From Nageia nagi (taxonomy: Eukaryota; Plantae; Pinophyta): a DNA stretch of 64,000 bases. A program made the position numbers and the translations under genes. The stretch covers positions 16,368,001 to 16,432,000 of the forward strand of contig JBITNC010000001.1 in NCBI GenBank assembly GCA_050084985.1, written 5' to 3'. Below are positions 12,857 to 27,336 of the stretch, in pieces. Every line of letters starts with the position of its first letter. Position 1 is the first letter of the stretch. The notes under the pieces were generated by a model. The model worked only from the letters and a program-made list of their open reading frames with translations. It did not search any database and was not told the origin of the DNA.

Positions 12857-15800
12857 TGTAAGTCACACAATGACACTGAGAGGGGGTTGAATCAATATCT
12901 TAAACTTTAAAACCTCAAACCTATAATGCATAAGATAATGCAGTATAAAAATTGAAACAAAACAAGGCAAGCACATCAAGAGACAATCATACAACACCAA
13001 ATATAATGAGGTTCATTATTTAGGCTATATCCCAAGGAAAATACTGCTTGGATCATGGTCCAAATCCAATCCAATGTAAAGCACCAACTTTACATTCATT
13101 TATCAAAACCAACAGAAAGGAGCACCAACCCTTAAGTTCTGCAGCACCCATTGTAAGGAGCACTAATCCCTATTTTTTATAGTAACAACTGTAAGGAGCA
13201 CCAACCCCTATATTTTGTAGCACCAACTATAAAGAGCACCAACCCCTATGCCAAACGCCAACTTGGACTTAAAATATTGATTAAAGGTTTGACATAAAAA
13301 TGCCTTCTCCATTCATAGATCCTTCTCTAATATTTAGCTCATCAAAATTCATCACCTAGTTATCTTTGCGTGCAATATGTAATCAATCTTCATAGCCACC
13401 ATGTTGCCCTCATTTCTAATCTAATCAATTTATCTCAATGGTAGCATTCCCTTATCTAATCTTCAACCTTTGTTTTGGTAGTATTCACCTCTCTCATACA
13501 TACACATACAACATCAACACTACAACACTAATCAATATAGATACCCTTGAAACTCATGTCATCAAGCCACAATTACCAGTTGCTTCAATGCGCATGCAGG
13601 CCCATAATTACATTTCTAATAGTTACTCCCTTGATTATCGCTTAATGCTTGTCATCATTAGTTATGACTATTGTAGGCCACGATTTCACTAAACTTAGCT
13701 ACATCCTTTCTTACATGATGTTTGAAACTCATTTACTCACCATGAAAATATAACAACCATGCTTCATTAACTCAAAGAGCATGCCCATGATTGTCACACC
13801 ATGTTGTTCATAATTAACACAATAATTACTTGCATTTGGTGTACTACTATTTAACTCTAGCACTTTGTATGCATGTCGGCACTCAAAAAATCATTCTTCT
13901 CTAAAAAGGCTCTATGTCTTCGCATAAGTCTGTTCTTCTATGCATAAGATATATTCGCATAAGCATTAAACCATCTGCATAAGGTTTGGGCCCTCTGGAT
14001 AAGCTCTCACTTGATTGCATAAGGTTGAGTGATTCTAACAAAGATCCTGCAGAATTGGAATTGATAAACTTTGTCAAAATAGCATCAAAATAGAATAACA
14101 TTATATTTAGCCATTTTTGAATCATTTGATTTTAGTAGATATTCGACAAAATTGGAATGAAAAAATACTGTCATAATGATGATAAAATAGAATAATGTTA
14201 TACTTTAGCCATTTTTTGAATCATTTAAGTTTGGTGGAGATTAGACAGAGCAAAGTGGATCAAATTCCTTTGAAATAATGGATAAATCAAACAAAATCAT
14301 TTTCTTCATTATTTGGTTTTGATAAATCCGTATGAATCTAGATACCTATAAATACTACCAAAACTTTGACAAAATATGTTTTCCTTTGACACCAGAAATC
14401 TTGCCTATAACTACTACTAGAACTCTGATAAAATATGTTTTCCTTGTTCTTCCTTTGACGTTAGCAATCTTTCTCAGTTATGAAATTGACATTCTTTGAC
14501 ATTATGGAATGCACATGGGCTTTGACAACAATGACCACACAAAGACGAGCGTAGATCAACAATCTCCCCCTTTGGCATTGTCGTCAAAAATCACTCCAAT
14601 CAAGATCTCTCTCCCTCTTTTTGGAAATAATGTCAAAGAATTAAAGTAAAAAATACATTGGCTATTATGGGTAGACTCCAAGTAGCACCAATAGCATGTC
14701 AGGATCAAATCACCTTCAACCAATAGTCTTGAATATAATAATAACAGTTCTAGTATACATCAGTACAACAACAACAATAGTCTCTTTTCTTCTCCATCTT
14801 CTGATAATAGAACCAAAATTGAAATCTCTAGAAAAAGTAATGATAACCAATAATAATCTAAGGCAAAAATATCAGTAGCCTTTGAAACATCACAACAAGC
14901 ACTATGCTCCCCCTTACTGTAGGCTCAACATCTTTAGGCAACTTTAACAAAATAAGAGCGTTAAAATCTTTTAATGATTTCTCACCCTAAGGATATACTA
15001 CCATTGACCTTGTTAATGATGTGGAAGTGTGATCACTTCCATTTCTTATCCAAAATTACTCAACTGGCCAATAAAATAGGTATCCTCCATTGTTTTCTTT
15101 CTCTAAACCTTTTTGTTCTTGGATTTAAGTCTTTCATTAGTCTTATCTTCTCCAACATCCTGATCATTTCTCTTTGTATATTATCTTTGGTTCATTCTTT
15201 GACCCTCATATTAACTTCTCTCTTGTCTTTGCTTTGTGGCTGATAAATATCTTGGTAGGCCATCCATCATATGCAAATATTTTTCTACAAATCTTATCAC
15301 ATGCCCATAAGCATTGCAGTTGAAACATTGTACATCTTATTTAATTTTAGTGGCATATAAATTTCTGCCAATATGACTCTTAGGTCTAATACTTTTTATG
15401 CAATTAGATACTCTATGACTATACCGACTACATCTAAAACATCTAACATTGTCATCTAGCATAGAAGCAAATGAGCTTTGATTTACAAAGTTTCTATGCA
15501 TGACATTTGATCTACATCTTGTTGTATTGTGATCATATTGATTATATTTGAAATAATAACCATAAAATACATTTTCATAGACAAGATAAGATCGAAAAAA
15601 CCTATTTTGTTGATGTTGATTTGTTGCAAATCTTATTTGACATCTTCTTTGTTCTTATGGGTAGCTTGATTGATGGTGTTGATGAGTTGCTTCTTGCTAT
15701 CTTCTCTTCTCATTATCTAGTGTTCTATGCTTCAACTGATTATTATTCTTTTGTGCCTATCTTCCTTATCTTTTTCTAGTAGCTTTGATAAATCAACCTC

Positions 15801-18252
15801 TTTCTCCTTTTACCTTGTCCCACAACATTGGAAGTCTTCTTTTCTACAACTTTAGAGATGAGGGTTTCTCTACATCATATCCAAGTCCAAACTTGGTCTT
15901 GGGTTCTCTCTATTGTATTAGCATGTCATCTATAATTCTAATGCTCTTCTCAAATTTGAGGTTGGTGGTCAATTTCTAATTAGCCTCATATAATTTCTTT
16001 TTCAATAAAATAATCTCTTCTTCAAGTTTGTTACAAGTTGCTTCTTTCTCCCTTATCTACAATGTGATGGCTTCTTTCCACTTGCAGCTTTAGACCCTCA
16101 ATAACTTTGCTTGTTATCTCTTCACACCTATTGCATTGTTCCACATGTACTGTTAAGGCTTCTTGCTTTTCGAGGGTTGCGTCTAACTATATCTTCAAGC
16201 TGGTAAGCTCTTCATCAGATTTGCTATAGACTTTACCACTAATATAATCTTGTGTCTTCTTAGCCTATTGAATTTGTATAAATAAATATTCAAAATGATC
16301 TCCATATTCATTCAACTTCTTGGACATTATCCTATTCTTCCTTCTTTAAACATCCAAGTCTTCAAGGGTAGTTATGAGCTCTCCTTCAAGGTCAATTAAA
16401 ACTTCTATTTCTTCATTTGGATAAGATTTCCTCTTTTCTTTTCTCTAATCAAGCTTGAGTAGATTTGAGAGCCTTCTTTGTTCCTTTGCTCTTTCTCATT
16501 ATGACTAATCTAAGATCTCCCTAAGATGGTTAAGCTTATCTTTTAGGGATCTATCTTTGATACAAATTTTTAATCACACAATGACACTAAGAGGGAGGTG
16601 AATCAATGTCTTAAACTTTAAAACCTCAAACCTAGAATGATTAAGATAATGCATTATATAAACTAAAACAAAATAAGGTAAGCACATCAAAAGATAATCA
16701 CACAACACCATATATAACAAAGTTCATCATTTAGGCTATATCCATGGGAAAATATTGCTTGGATCATGTTCCAAATCCAACCCAATGCAAAGCACCAACT
16801 TTACATTCATTTACTAGAACCAACCAGAAGGAAAACCAACCCTTACATTCTGTAGCACCCATTGTAAGGAGCTCTAACTACAAGGAGCATCAAACCCTAC
16901 ATTCTACAACACCAACTGTAAGGAGAACCAATCCCTGCACTAAGCACCAACTTGGACTTTAAATCTTGATTAAAGGTTTGACATAAAAATACCTTCTCTA
17001 TTCATAGATTCTTATATGATCTTTAGCTCATCAAAATTCATCACCCAGTTATCTTTTCATGAAATATGCAATCAGTCTTCATAGCCACAACAATGACCTC
17101 ATTTCCAATCTAATTGATTTATCTCAATGGTAATATTCCCTTGTTTTATCTTCAATCTCTATTTTAAAATCATTCACCCCTCTCATACACACACATACAA
17201 CATCAATTCTATAATACCAATCAATATAGACAACTTTGACACTCACTTCATTAAGCCATGATTACCATCTGCTTCAATAAGCATGTAGGCCTATGATTAC
17301 ATTTTTGAAAGTTACTCCATCGTCTATTGTTTAAAGCCTATCATCATTAGTTCCAACTGTTACAGGCCACAATTTCACTAAACTTAGCTACATCCTTACT
17401 TCCACAATGTTAGAACCTCATTTACTTGCCATGACACTATAATGGACATGCTTCATTAACTTGAAGAGCATGCCCATGATTTTTTCACCCCATGATTTTT
17501 TCACCATGTTATTCATAACTAACATGACAATTACTCACATCTAGTGTACTGCTCTTTAACTCCAGCACTCAAAAAACCATTCTTCTCTGAATAAGGCTCT
17601 ATATCTCTGCATAAGTTTGTTCTTCTATGCATAATACCTATCTACATAAGCATTGAAACATCTACATAAGGTTTGCACTTTTTGCATAAGCTCTCACCTG
17701 ATTGCATAAGGCTGAGTGATTCTAGTGAAGATCCAATAGAATTGGAATGGATAAACTTTACTAGAATAGTGGAGAAATAGAATAATGTTTTACTTAGAGG
17801 TATTTGTCAAATCTTTTGATTTTGGCAAAGATTTGGTAAAATTGGAATGGACAAACTTTGTCAAAATGGTAGCAAAATAGAATAACATTATACTTAGTCT
17901 TTTTCAAATCATTTGATTTTGGCAAAGATCTGACAAAGCGAAGTAGGCCAAATTTTGTTAGAACATTGAAGAAATCAAACAACTTCATTTTGTTCAGTAT
18001 TTGATTTTGACAAGTCTATCTGAATCTAGATACCTATAAATACTGCTAGAACTCTGACAAAATATGTTTTCCTTCTATGCCAACAATCTTTCCTATAAAT
18101 ACTATTGGAACTCTAAAAAAATATATTTTCTTTATTCATCCTTTGACATAAGCAATCTTGCTCACTTATGGCATTCATATTCTTTGACATTGTGGAATGT
18201 ACATGCACTATGAAAATAATTAAAACTACACAAACACCAGCATAGATCAACA
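12857..18252 (-). mobile_element. Non-autonomous long-LTR element B (SIRE/Sirevirus-like Copia derivative) nested in the RT of A
   Basis: LTRs 12857-14561 and 16568-18252 (~1.7 kb); perfect TSD ATATT; degenerate Met PBS at ~16551-16566. PPT-like tracts at ~14562, ~14606 and ~14905. The 2-kb interior has only a decayed coiled-coil gag-like frame (DLEGELITTLEDL) and no pol. Confidence 0.85.
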
Positions 18253-19737
18253 ATATTATTCTCTATAATCAAAATATCATTAATATAAAGAAGAATTAAG
18301 ACCAACAATTGATCATATATAAATTTGAATGTGTAGCACTTTGAGAACCTAATTATCTCAAAGTATCTGAAACTCTTCTCATACCAAACCTTAGGTGTTT
18401 GCTTAAGTGCATCTAAGGACTTCTTTAACTTGCATACATAAGATTCTTTTCCAAATATGATAAACCTCTCAGGATGAATCATGTTGACCTCAACATCTAA
18501 GTCATAATTTTGAAAAATACTCTTCATATCAAGTTGGAATATCTTCCAACCTTGAGCTACTAAAAGGGAAAGGATAAGTCTAATTGTAGTCATCTTTGCA
18601 ACTAGAGCAAAGGTTTCCTCATAATCAACTACAAATTTTTGAGCAAAATCCTTAGACATAAACCTTGCCTTGTATTTCTCAATTTTACCATATATGTTGT
18701 ACTTAACCTTTTAAACCCAATTATTACCAATTACATTCCTTTATATGGATATGGAACTAAGTACCAAGTTTCATTTCTCATAAGAGCCTCATATTTTATC
18801 TTCATAACATCCATACAACAAGAATGTTTAGAAGCATCCTTAAAGTTTGAAGGTTCATTATGGCTTTCAACTTTGGTAAGAAGGAATATATTCAAATTCG
18901 TATTGCAAGAAGATAAATAAATAGTTAGGATTTTGGGAACTTGAAATAGTATATACATAACTATATAGGTAGTAAAAAAATAGTTACCTTTTATTTTATA
19001 AAATTTTGTTATTTAGATGACTCATTAAATGACTCATTAAATTTTGTTATTTAAGAAGGAGAATTGTAATCTCTAACTTCTTCCTTCTTTCTAAAATTAT
19101 CACAATAAAACTTCATTAAATGAGAGATATTAGGATTCTTCCTATCCATACCTCATAAGGAATTTTTTGTTTAACTACCTTGGTTGAATACTTAAAGGTG
19201 TAGATAACGATATTCACAACTTTACCCTAAAAAAAGCTTAGAAAGGTTTTTAAACATGCATATAATCATGGTCCTATGGGGTAAAATGGATTGCCTAAAG
19301 TATGTTCTTAACATTTTTATTCTTAGGTTTGATTTTCAACCAAGGTAATGAACTATTTCAAGAGTTTGACCTTTATGCTCAAGTAGATAACCAAAGGTCA
19401 AGTCATCATAAGATGACTTGGTTCGAAAGTACTTGAGATGCACTAATAGCTTTTTCCTTTTTCTAAGGTGCAATGTTTCAGAAGTAAATTTTTTCATAAT
19501 CCATATACAAGGATTTTATCCTATATAAAATGAACATTCCTATGGTTGATGTGGCCTAATCTTATCAACTATGTAAGGATCATTCTTCAAGTTTTACTAT
19601 TTTTCATTTATTACTACACTTCTAATCATAATAAATAAATGCACTAATTATATCTCAAGACAAGAATCATAAATTATTTTCAAATCCATAAATAACTAAA
19701 ATGTCAACTTGACTAAAATAAAATGATCTTAGGTTAA

Positions 19738-19948
19738 GATGGATATACCACAAGCTACAACATGCCAACTTAACCATGCGACAAGTCAAGATGCATATGC
19801 CACAACATGCCAACTTGACCATGCCACAAGTCAATATGCATATGCCACAAACAATAACATGCCAACTTGACCATGCCATCATTTAATATGCATATGCCAC
19901 AAACAACAACATGCCAACTTGACCATGCCACAAGTCAAGATACATATG
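19738..19948. repeat. Tandem repeat, ~45-52 bp unit (CAACATGCCAACTTGACCATGCCACAAGTCAAGATGCATATGCCA), ~4-5 copies
   Basis: Seen directly; produces the repeated CGICILT peptide in ORF 19667-19882. Confidence 0.85.
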
Positions 19949-19960
19949 ATGGAAGAAAGA

Positions 19961-20535
19961 AGAAATAAGATGGTATCAATCCATAACTATGGATAATCTT
20001 CTCAAAAATATAGAAGTAAAGTGGAATCAATCCATAAACATGGATAAATTTTCCAACAATAAAAGTAAAGTGGTATTAATCTATAAACCTGGATAAACTA
20101 CCTAAGAATGGAAGTAAAGTGGCATTAATCCATAAATATGGATAAACTTCCCAACAATGAAAGTAAAGTGACATCAAAAAAGTAAAACGACATCATTCCA
20201 TAAATATAGATAAACTTCCTGAAAATGGAAATAAATTAGCATTAATAAATTAAAGTGGCATCAATACATAAATATGGATAAACTTTCCAACAATGGAAGT
20301 AAAGTGGCATTAATCCATAAACATGGATAAACTTGTCAACGATGGAAGTAAAGTGAAATCAATCCATAAATATGAATAAATGGAAGTAAAATGGTATTAA
20401 TCCATAAATATGGATAAACTTCCCAACAATAGAAGTAAAGTGGCATTAATCCATAAACATGGATAAACTTTCCAACAATTGAAGTAAAGTGGCATCAATC
20501 CAAATGGATACAAACATCTACCATGGAAGCAAAGA
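19961..20535. repeat. Minisatellite, ~50 bp unit (GAAGTAAAGTGGCATTAATCCATAAATATGGATAAACTTCCCAACAATG), ~11-12 degenerate copies
   Basis: Seen directly. Units are contiguous with no unique spacers, and each contains the TCCAT-N4-ATGGA palindrome. Confidence 0.9.
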
Positions 20536-21420
20536 TTACCAATTGCATCATTAATCATAGGTTTTTTATGTCTTTGCACAAGACCTAAGAGATTTATTAC
20601 CAAATGATATAAGATTATTTAACAATCTATTAAAGGTAAAAAACTTTTATAGATGCCATAAAGTATTTATACTTAGTATAAATTTCAAAAAAAGATTAAG
20701 GCATAAAACCTTAGGTGAGATTTTAAAATTTACTACCAATTAAATATTATTCTATTATTGATCAAGTTTTTTAACAAACATCAACCAACCATCTTAACCA
20801 ACTTGTTCAATTTGTAAGTTAATTTATAAGTCATATTTAGTGCACTCACCAAATAAATTGTAGGTTAATAAGTCCTAATTTACAATTGTTGGTTAGTGTT
20901 AGTGCATATTTTGCCTTAGTTTGAGCATTTTGTTAATTGTTTAAACCTCTATGAAGAATTACAATCACACAACAAATGTTAGTATTTTCCTTAGTTAGTG
21001 GTTAGTTACATGATAAAGCTCTAAGAGCTTTTACAACATGCTCTTGTTACACAAGAGACTTCCAAAGTTACAAAGGTAAGTTTGCATGATTCTTGCTAAG
21101 GAAGATGAAGATTCATTTCATCATCCATAACAAACCAATCACTTGAAACACATTGAGCCCATAAGCTTGATAAGTTATGAAAAAATGTTTAATAATCCTT
21201 TGATTTTATATCATAATCATTATCTTATTATCGCGTATTTATCTCCTTTATTTCTCATTAGCCTGCTTCTAAAATCGATCTTTCTTCTTCTAAATTGCTT
21301 TTACTTTCACAATAGAATTTCTCCTTTTATTATGCTTAGAATACATGTTAAAATCCTAATATTGGAAGAGAAGGTTAGTAAAGAAGAAATTCGCAAGGAG
21401 AGAAGATTTCTTCTAATATC

Positions 21421-24400
21421 TGTGAAAATTCGCAAGGAGAGAAAATCAAACCTAGAAAGGAAAATGCAAGAGCACCACAAAAACAAAGAGAGAAGCTAGA
21501 ATCCTTGAAACTGATCAATCTGAAATGAGAATGAAGCCCAAATAAATAGGGTAAATACAATCTAGTGTACAAAATCATGCCAACCATGAGTGAATGGGAA
21601 AATCCATAAAATGACAAAAAAGTGGTTATCACCACAACAAACTAGCTAGAAATAAGACCTATGAAATAATTCAATACTCCTATGTGAACTTAATATTCTA
21701 ACATCCACCCTTAAGTGAACAAGGAGGTAAAGTGGCACATCCATAAAAAATGAGTCTCAAAAATAAAGCCTGATCAAGTCCTCATGTACAATATGTGCAA
21801 AGAATCTACTCAAACATGATGAAAAAACCACATGGGGAAGATGTCCTCATCAACACCCACTATGGAACACTTATTGTATCCCAAGTAAGCCACACAATTC
21901 AAGGAAGCTAGGCAATGCAAAGGATTTAGTGAAGATGTATGTAGTCTATTGCTCAGTAGAGATGTACTCCAAGTTGAGAATGTAATCCTAAATATGCTGA
22001 TGGATGAAGTGCATGTGGACCTCAATGTGTTTGGTGTGCTAATGTTCAATAGGATTATGCAAAATATGGATCATGCTCTGATCATCACACCAAAGAACTA
22101 TGGTCCGATACTAAGGGTAGCCAAACTCCTCCAATAATTATCAAAGCTAAAGTGCCTCTAGACTCACATAAATAGTTTCTCTATACTTTGCCTCAATCAA
22201 TTATAGTGCAATAGATTGTTGCTTCTTACATGACCAAACGATGGGAGAAGTACCAAGATAAAAGACATAAACAAAAGTGGAATGACAATCATCAAAAGAA
22301 CTAGCCCAATCAAAATTTGTATATCCAATAAATACTAGATCACCTCTTATGCAATGCAGACCAAAGTGGGTAGTGCCCCTCACATATCAAAGAATCCTCT
22401 TGGTTGTCTGCCAATGAGACTCATGAGGGGTATGTGTAAACTGAAAAATAAGCCCAACAACTTATGAAATATGTGGTCAAGTATGGGTGAGATATAGAAG
22501 ACTCCCAACCAACTAGAGATACAAAGAAGCATCACATAATGGTGAAGTGCAAGTAGAAGTCAAAGTCACGCCACTTTGAAAAGGTGTCAGAGAAGGATTG
22601 CAATCCACCATCCTAAACCACTGAAGAATATCTTAGGTATATTTCTGTTGATATATGGAAATCCTTGAATCTATTTGTGTCACCTAAAAACTAAGAAAGT
22701 AATGGGCAAGTCTAAGGTATACCATCTTAAATCTCTCATAGAGAGCCTACTGAACTATATGAATGTGAGAGCAAGAGGTGCCAGTGAGAAGAAGGTCATC
22801 AACATACAACACTAAAATAGTGGTATCTACTCCATGTCTCCAAATATAGATTGTAGAATCATAGGAACATTGTACAAAATCAATGTAGAGAAGGAAAGAG
22901 CCCATCTTCTTGTACCATGCCCAAGGAGCTTGTTTGAGGCCATACAGAGATTTTCTAAGCCTACAAACAAATGACAAATCCTAGACAAAATCGACGGGTT
23001 GCTCCATATAGATCTCCTCATGTAAATCACCAAGAAAAAAGGTGCTCTTCACATCCATCTAAAATACTGACCATCCATGAGCAACAACAAGAGAAAGTAC
23101 AAGATGAACTAAATCCATCTTGGCCACAGGGGAAAAGCTCTTAGAGTAGTCAATCCCTTCAACCTGTGAGAACTCATTAGTAACAAGACAAGTCTTATAC
23201 TTTTCAATAGAACTATCAATTGCATACTTGGTTTGGTACACCCATTTACACCAAACCAACTTCCTCCCATGGGAAAGAGAAATAAGCTCCCAAGTATTAT
23301 TATTCAATGAGGAAGAATACTCAACTGCCATGGTATCATCCCACTCTTGTATACCATGAGCCTCTGAAAAAGTCTATGGATCACCTGATACCAGCTAGAG
23401 TAGAACTGATGGAATAGCAAAGGGAAGGAGGGAGATCCTGGATGAAAGGTGTTGCATCCTCAAGTGTGGAGTGAGCCCATTTGGGAATGCAAATACTAGC
23501 AGTGGAAGAATATGCAACATCAATAGGTGTAGTAGCAACTACAGGTGGTGGAAGTGTAGGAGGATCAATAGTTGTTGTTGAAGCAACAACCTCAGGAATA
23601 TCCTCCTCATGAAAGACCTTAGAAAATATGTCATGGGAGTTAGGTAAGACAGAGAAAGGAGATGAAGAGGGAGGATCAATAAGGCACTCATCAAACTAAA
23701 CATGAGTGGGAAAAAAATATCATGGGTATCATGATCAATCAATCAATACACCTTTATATCCTCATTATAGCCAACAAAAATGAGAGAATTTCTCTTCTTA
23801 TCTAAGGCCTTACGCTTGATCTTTGGAATGAAAGCCCAAGTGTGACTACCAAACACTCTGAAGTATGATACATCTAGCTTGGTTCCACTCTAAGCCTCTT
23901 CAGAAATCATGTGACCAAGTGCTTGATGGAGAGTGCGATTTTAGATGTAGTTCAAACAATTGACTTCCTCAGCCTAGAAAATAGGAGGCAAGTCCTTTGA
24001 ATGCATCATACAATTAGCCATCTTCTTCAGTGTTTTGTTCTTTCTTTCTACAACTCCATTCTATTATGAAGTGTGAGAGACAAAATGTTGATGAATTATT
24101 CCATGCTTCTCAAGGAACTCTAAAAACTATGTGTTGAAGTACTCCCCCCCATTATCTGTATGAAGCTTCTTGATCTAACTGGAAGACTTATTATTGACCA
24201 AAGACTTGAAGACTTAAGGATAGGTGCAAAAAGATCACAAGTCACTATGTACCAACTCCAAAAGTGAAGATGTAGGATAAGCTTCTCCTTTTGTAAAAGG
24301 GTCTTGATGTTGCTTACTAAGGGAATAACATAGGCAAACACCATCAAAATAAGGCACCTTGGGAAAACCAGTGATCATGTCGTGAGAATGCAATTGCTAC

Positions 24401-27336
24401 AAATATCTATAGTTGAGATGTCCAAACCTCTCATGCCAAAGTCTACTCATATAATCTACATGAGAAACTAACCCAATACCTAAAACAATATCATCAAATC
24501 CCTTAAACTGATAGAGCCTCAAGGAATGGTCAACATCATCTCGAGTAAGAAGTGATTGTGGCTCCAGCAAATGATGAATCTCAAAATCATTAGGTGAATA
24601 AAAGAGTCTTCCACCACCATTTTTACAAATTTGATACACAAAAAGAAGGTTGGCAGAGAGATCAGGAACCAAAAGCACATTAAGGATGTGACCACCTTTA
24701 ATAGGAATGTCCTGTTTTCCCTTCACAAAAATGTGAGAGGAATCACCAACCTCAATACTAGAAGTAGAAGTAGAACAAAGAAATGAAAAAGACTCTCTGG
24801 ATGGATTCATTAGATGAGAGGCACCTAAATCCATAACCCAACTCTCTGAAATAGAATATCCCTTTCCACGAGCATTCAAAGCATTTCCTGGTACATGATA
24901 AGTTTCATATTTTTTCTTCTTTTTATCATCTTTTATCTTTTTGTAATATTTCTCAATGACATGATCAAGCTTCACACAATAAGAACAAGTAGGCTTCTCT
25001 TTATCTTGATTAGATTTGAAGTTAGGGCTTTTGAAGTTGTCTATGGTGTAGTCGACTTAGGCTTAGGTTTGGACTTGCCTTTTCCTTTAGATACTTTTAA
25101 TTCCCTAGATGAAGATGAAGATGCCTCAAGAGTTGAAATTTTAGTCTCTTCCCTTGTAAGATGTTCACAAAATTCTTATAACTTAGGCATTGTGAATTTA
25201 TCACCCATAGCATCCATTATAGAGAGGAATGTAGAAGCAAATACATGGAATGGGCTTTTGAATTTTGATAAAATTAGATAAATGCATTCTTCTTCTTTCT
25301 TTTTTTTACCATTACTCAATAATTGTGTGTACAACTCCTTAAATTTAGTGAGATAATCAATCATGGTGAGATAGTCATCAAGAGATAATGGAGTAAGTTA
25401 AGTATCAATTTGCATGGCCCTCATTGTGCCAAATTTACCAAATAAATATTCTAATTTATCCCATGCCTCATGTGGTATGGTTATATTATCATAATGAAAC
25501 CACAAGCTCTCACTTACATTTGATTTTATTAGCCCAAATGCCTCACCAGTTGCCTTTGTGAATGATCAAGTTTCATAGTTTGATTTGAATGTGAATTTTT
25601 TCTCCTTAATGAGTGTTTATTCCTCTTTGTGCTAATACTTTCAACATTTGTGGTTTTTAAGTGTGGTAATTATGAGGTGTGAGAGGTTCAATTTTAAATT
25701 AAGAATGATCCATCTCAAAACACCAAGTAAACTAAGGAACCAAGAAATAAAGGAGGTGCAAAAATCTGTACCAACACCAAGAAGACCCCACCCAAATTTT
25801 ATTCACTTTCAAAGGATCCCCCTACCTCAAAAAAAAAAGCTTGTCATAAAATCTTGCAATGTGAATGGTTGAAAATATCTCATCTCCACCTTTCCAAGCA
25901 AAAAATGGCACTCCAATCCGAGTTTGTTTACCCAAGTTATGGAATTAAATCCAATGGCTCTAAAACTATTGAAAAATCAAAACTTATTTATATAATTTTA
26001 AAAAATTAGAAAAAATAATTTGTTTTTTAATTTTTTGAAAACTATAGGGGAGGTCAAAAATAAATTAAAACCTGCAGATAAATTGGCAAAGAGGAGATGA
26101 GATTCGACAATGTCAAGGAGGTCGAGCTAGCTATTGAGACGCTGGGAGTTGAACAGCTTCGTCTAGTAGTCCAAACAAAGTAAATATGTCATGTTAAAGA
26201 GAATGTGCAGAATGAGTACAGGGAGAGTGCCAGGTGAAGAGCTCATGCAAGAAGCCTGAGAGTCTCCAATGTATTAGCATAGGCTGTAGAGAAGATCGGC
26301 CACGATTTGAAGACCGACCACGATCAAAGAGCATTGCACGGGGTTGGGTTGGGTGTATACCCAGTGAGGCCGTGAGAGTTCTGGTCCATGAGAGGGCCAT
26401 ATGGACGTCACTGGATAGGAGCCACAAAGGCTGAGTGTTCATCCAGAGGGTCGTGGATGAGCTGAATGAATGGAGGGGCTATTGTTATGCAAGGAGAGTC
26501 TTCTATGACTGCAAGAGAGCCATTAAGAAGCCATCATTTGAAAGTTAGCCAAATGAAAAAGAGCGCATAGAAGATCATGCAAAAGGGAAGATCTCAAGTC
26601 CACATAATCCTCCAGACCCATGATGCAGGAGTGCAGCCAAGAGGTAGATCACATCCACGAATAGTGAAATGTAAAGCCAAGCAAATCCATGAACAAACAC
26701 GAGCATGAGGAAAGTGGAAAGAGATAATCTACTAAGAATCAGGTTCGCTCCCATAACCAAAAGGGGGCTCATGAAGAAGAGTGTGCAAGTCCAAAAGGCA
26801 CACAAATGTGCAGTTTGCAGGGAGACGCATGCAATCTAGGAAACAAACATTGTAAGAGCGATGCCTAGATCTGTGGATCAACGCAAGGAACTACATGAAT
26901 AAAATGCAATCCTTGATCTCTTAAAAAAAATGAGAGTGGATAGAAGAAGTGCAATTCAGGAAAAAAATTGCATAGCTTAATAAAAGAATCAAATCTGAGA
27001 AAGTCTCATAGAAGTTTTGGATGTCTGCAAAAAATTCAACCTACTTTAGCATCATGTGAAAATTCTCAAGGAGAGTAATTCAAACTCAGAAAAGAGAATG
27101 CAAGAGCACCACAAAAAAAGGATAGAAGCTAGAAATTTGGAAAATGAGCAATTTTAAATGAGAATGGAGCCGAAATAAATAGAGAATATACAAACTAGTG
27201 TACAAAAGTATGCCAACCATGCATGAATGGGAAAATCCATAAGATGACAAAGAAGTGGTTATCATCACAACAAACTAGATAGAAATAAGACCTAGAAAAT
27301 AATTAAATACTTCTAAGTAAACTTAATACTTTAACA
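21421..27336 (-). mobile_element. Full-length degenerate Ty1/copia element C nested in A
   Basis: LTRs 21421-21703 and 27055-27336; perfect TSD ATATC; PPT at 21704. Domains in Copia order: gag (~25100-25700), protease WVMDLGASHLM, pre-integrase LWHERFGHLN, integrase (~23700-24350), RT (LKQAPWAW, LYVDDLL) and RNase H (~21850-22380). Many stops and frameshifts. Confidence 0.92.

Noticed and set aside
19961-20535. CRISPR-like appearance of the regular palindromic repeats
   Set aside because: Units are contiguous and degenerate with no unique spacers, no cas genes, and a eukaryotic context.
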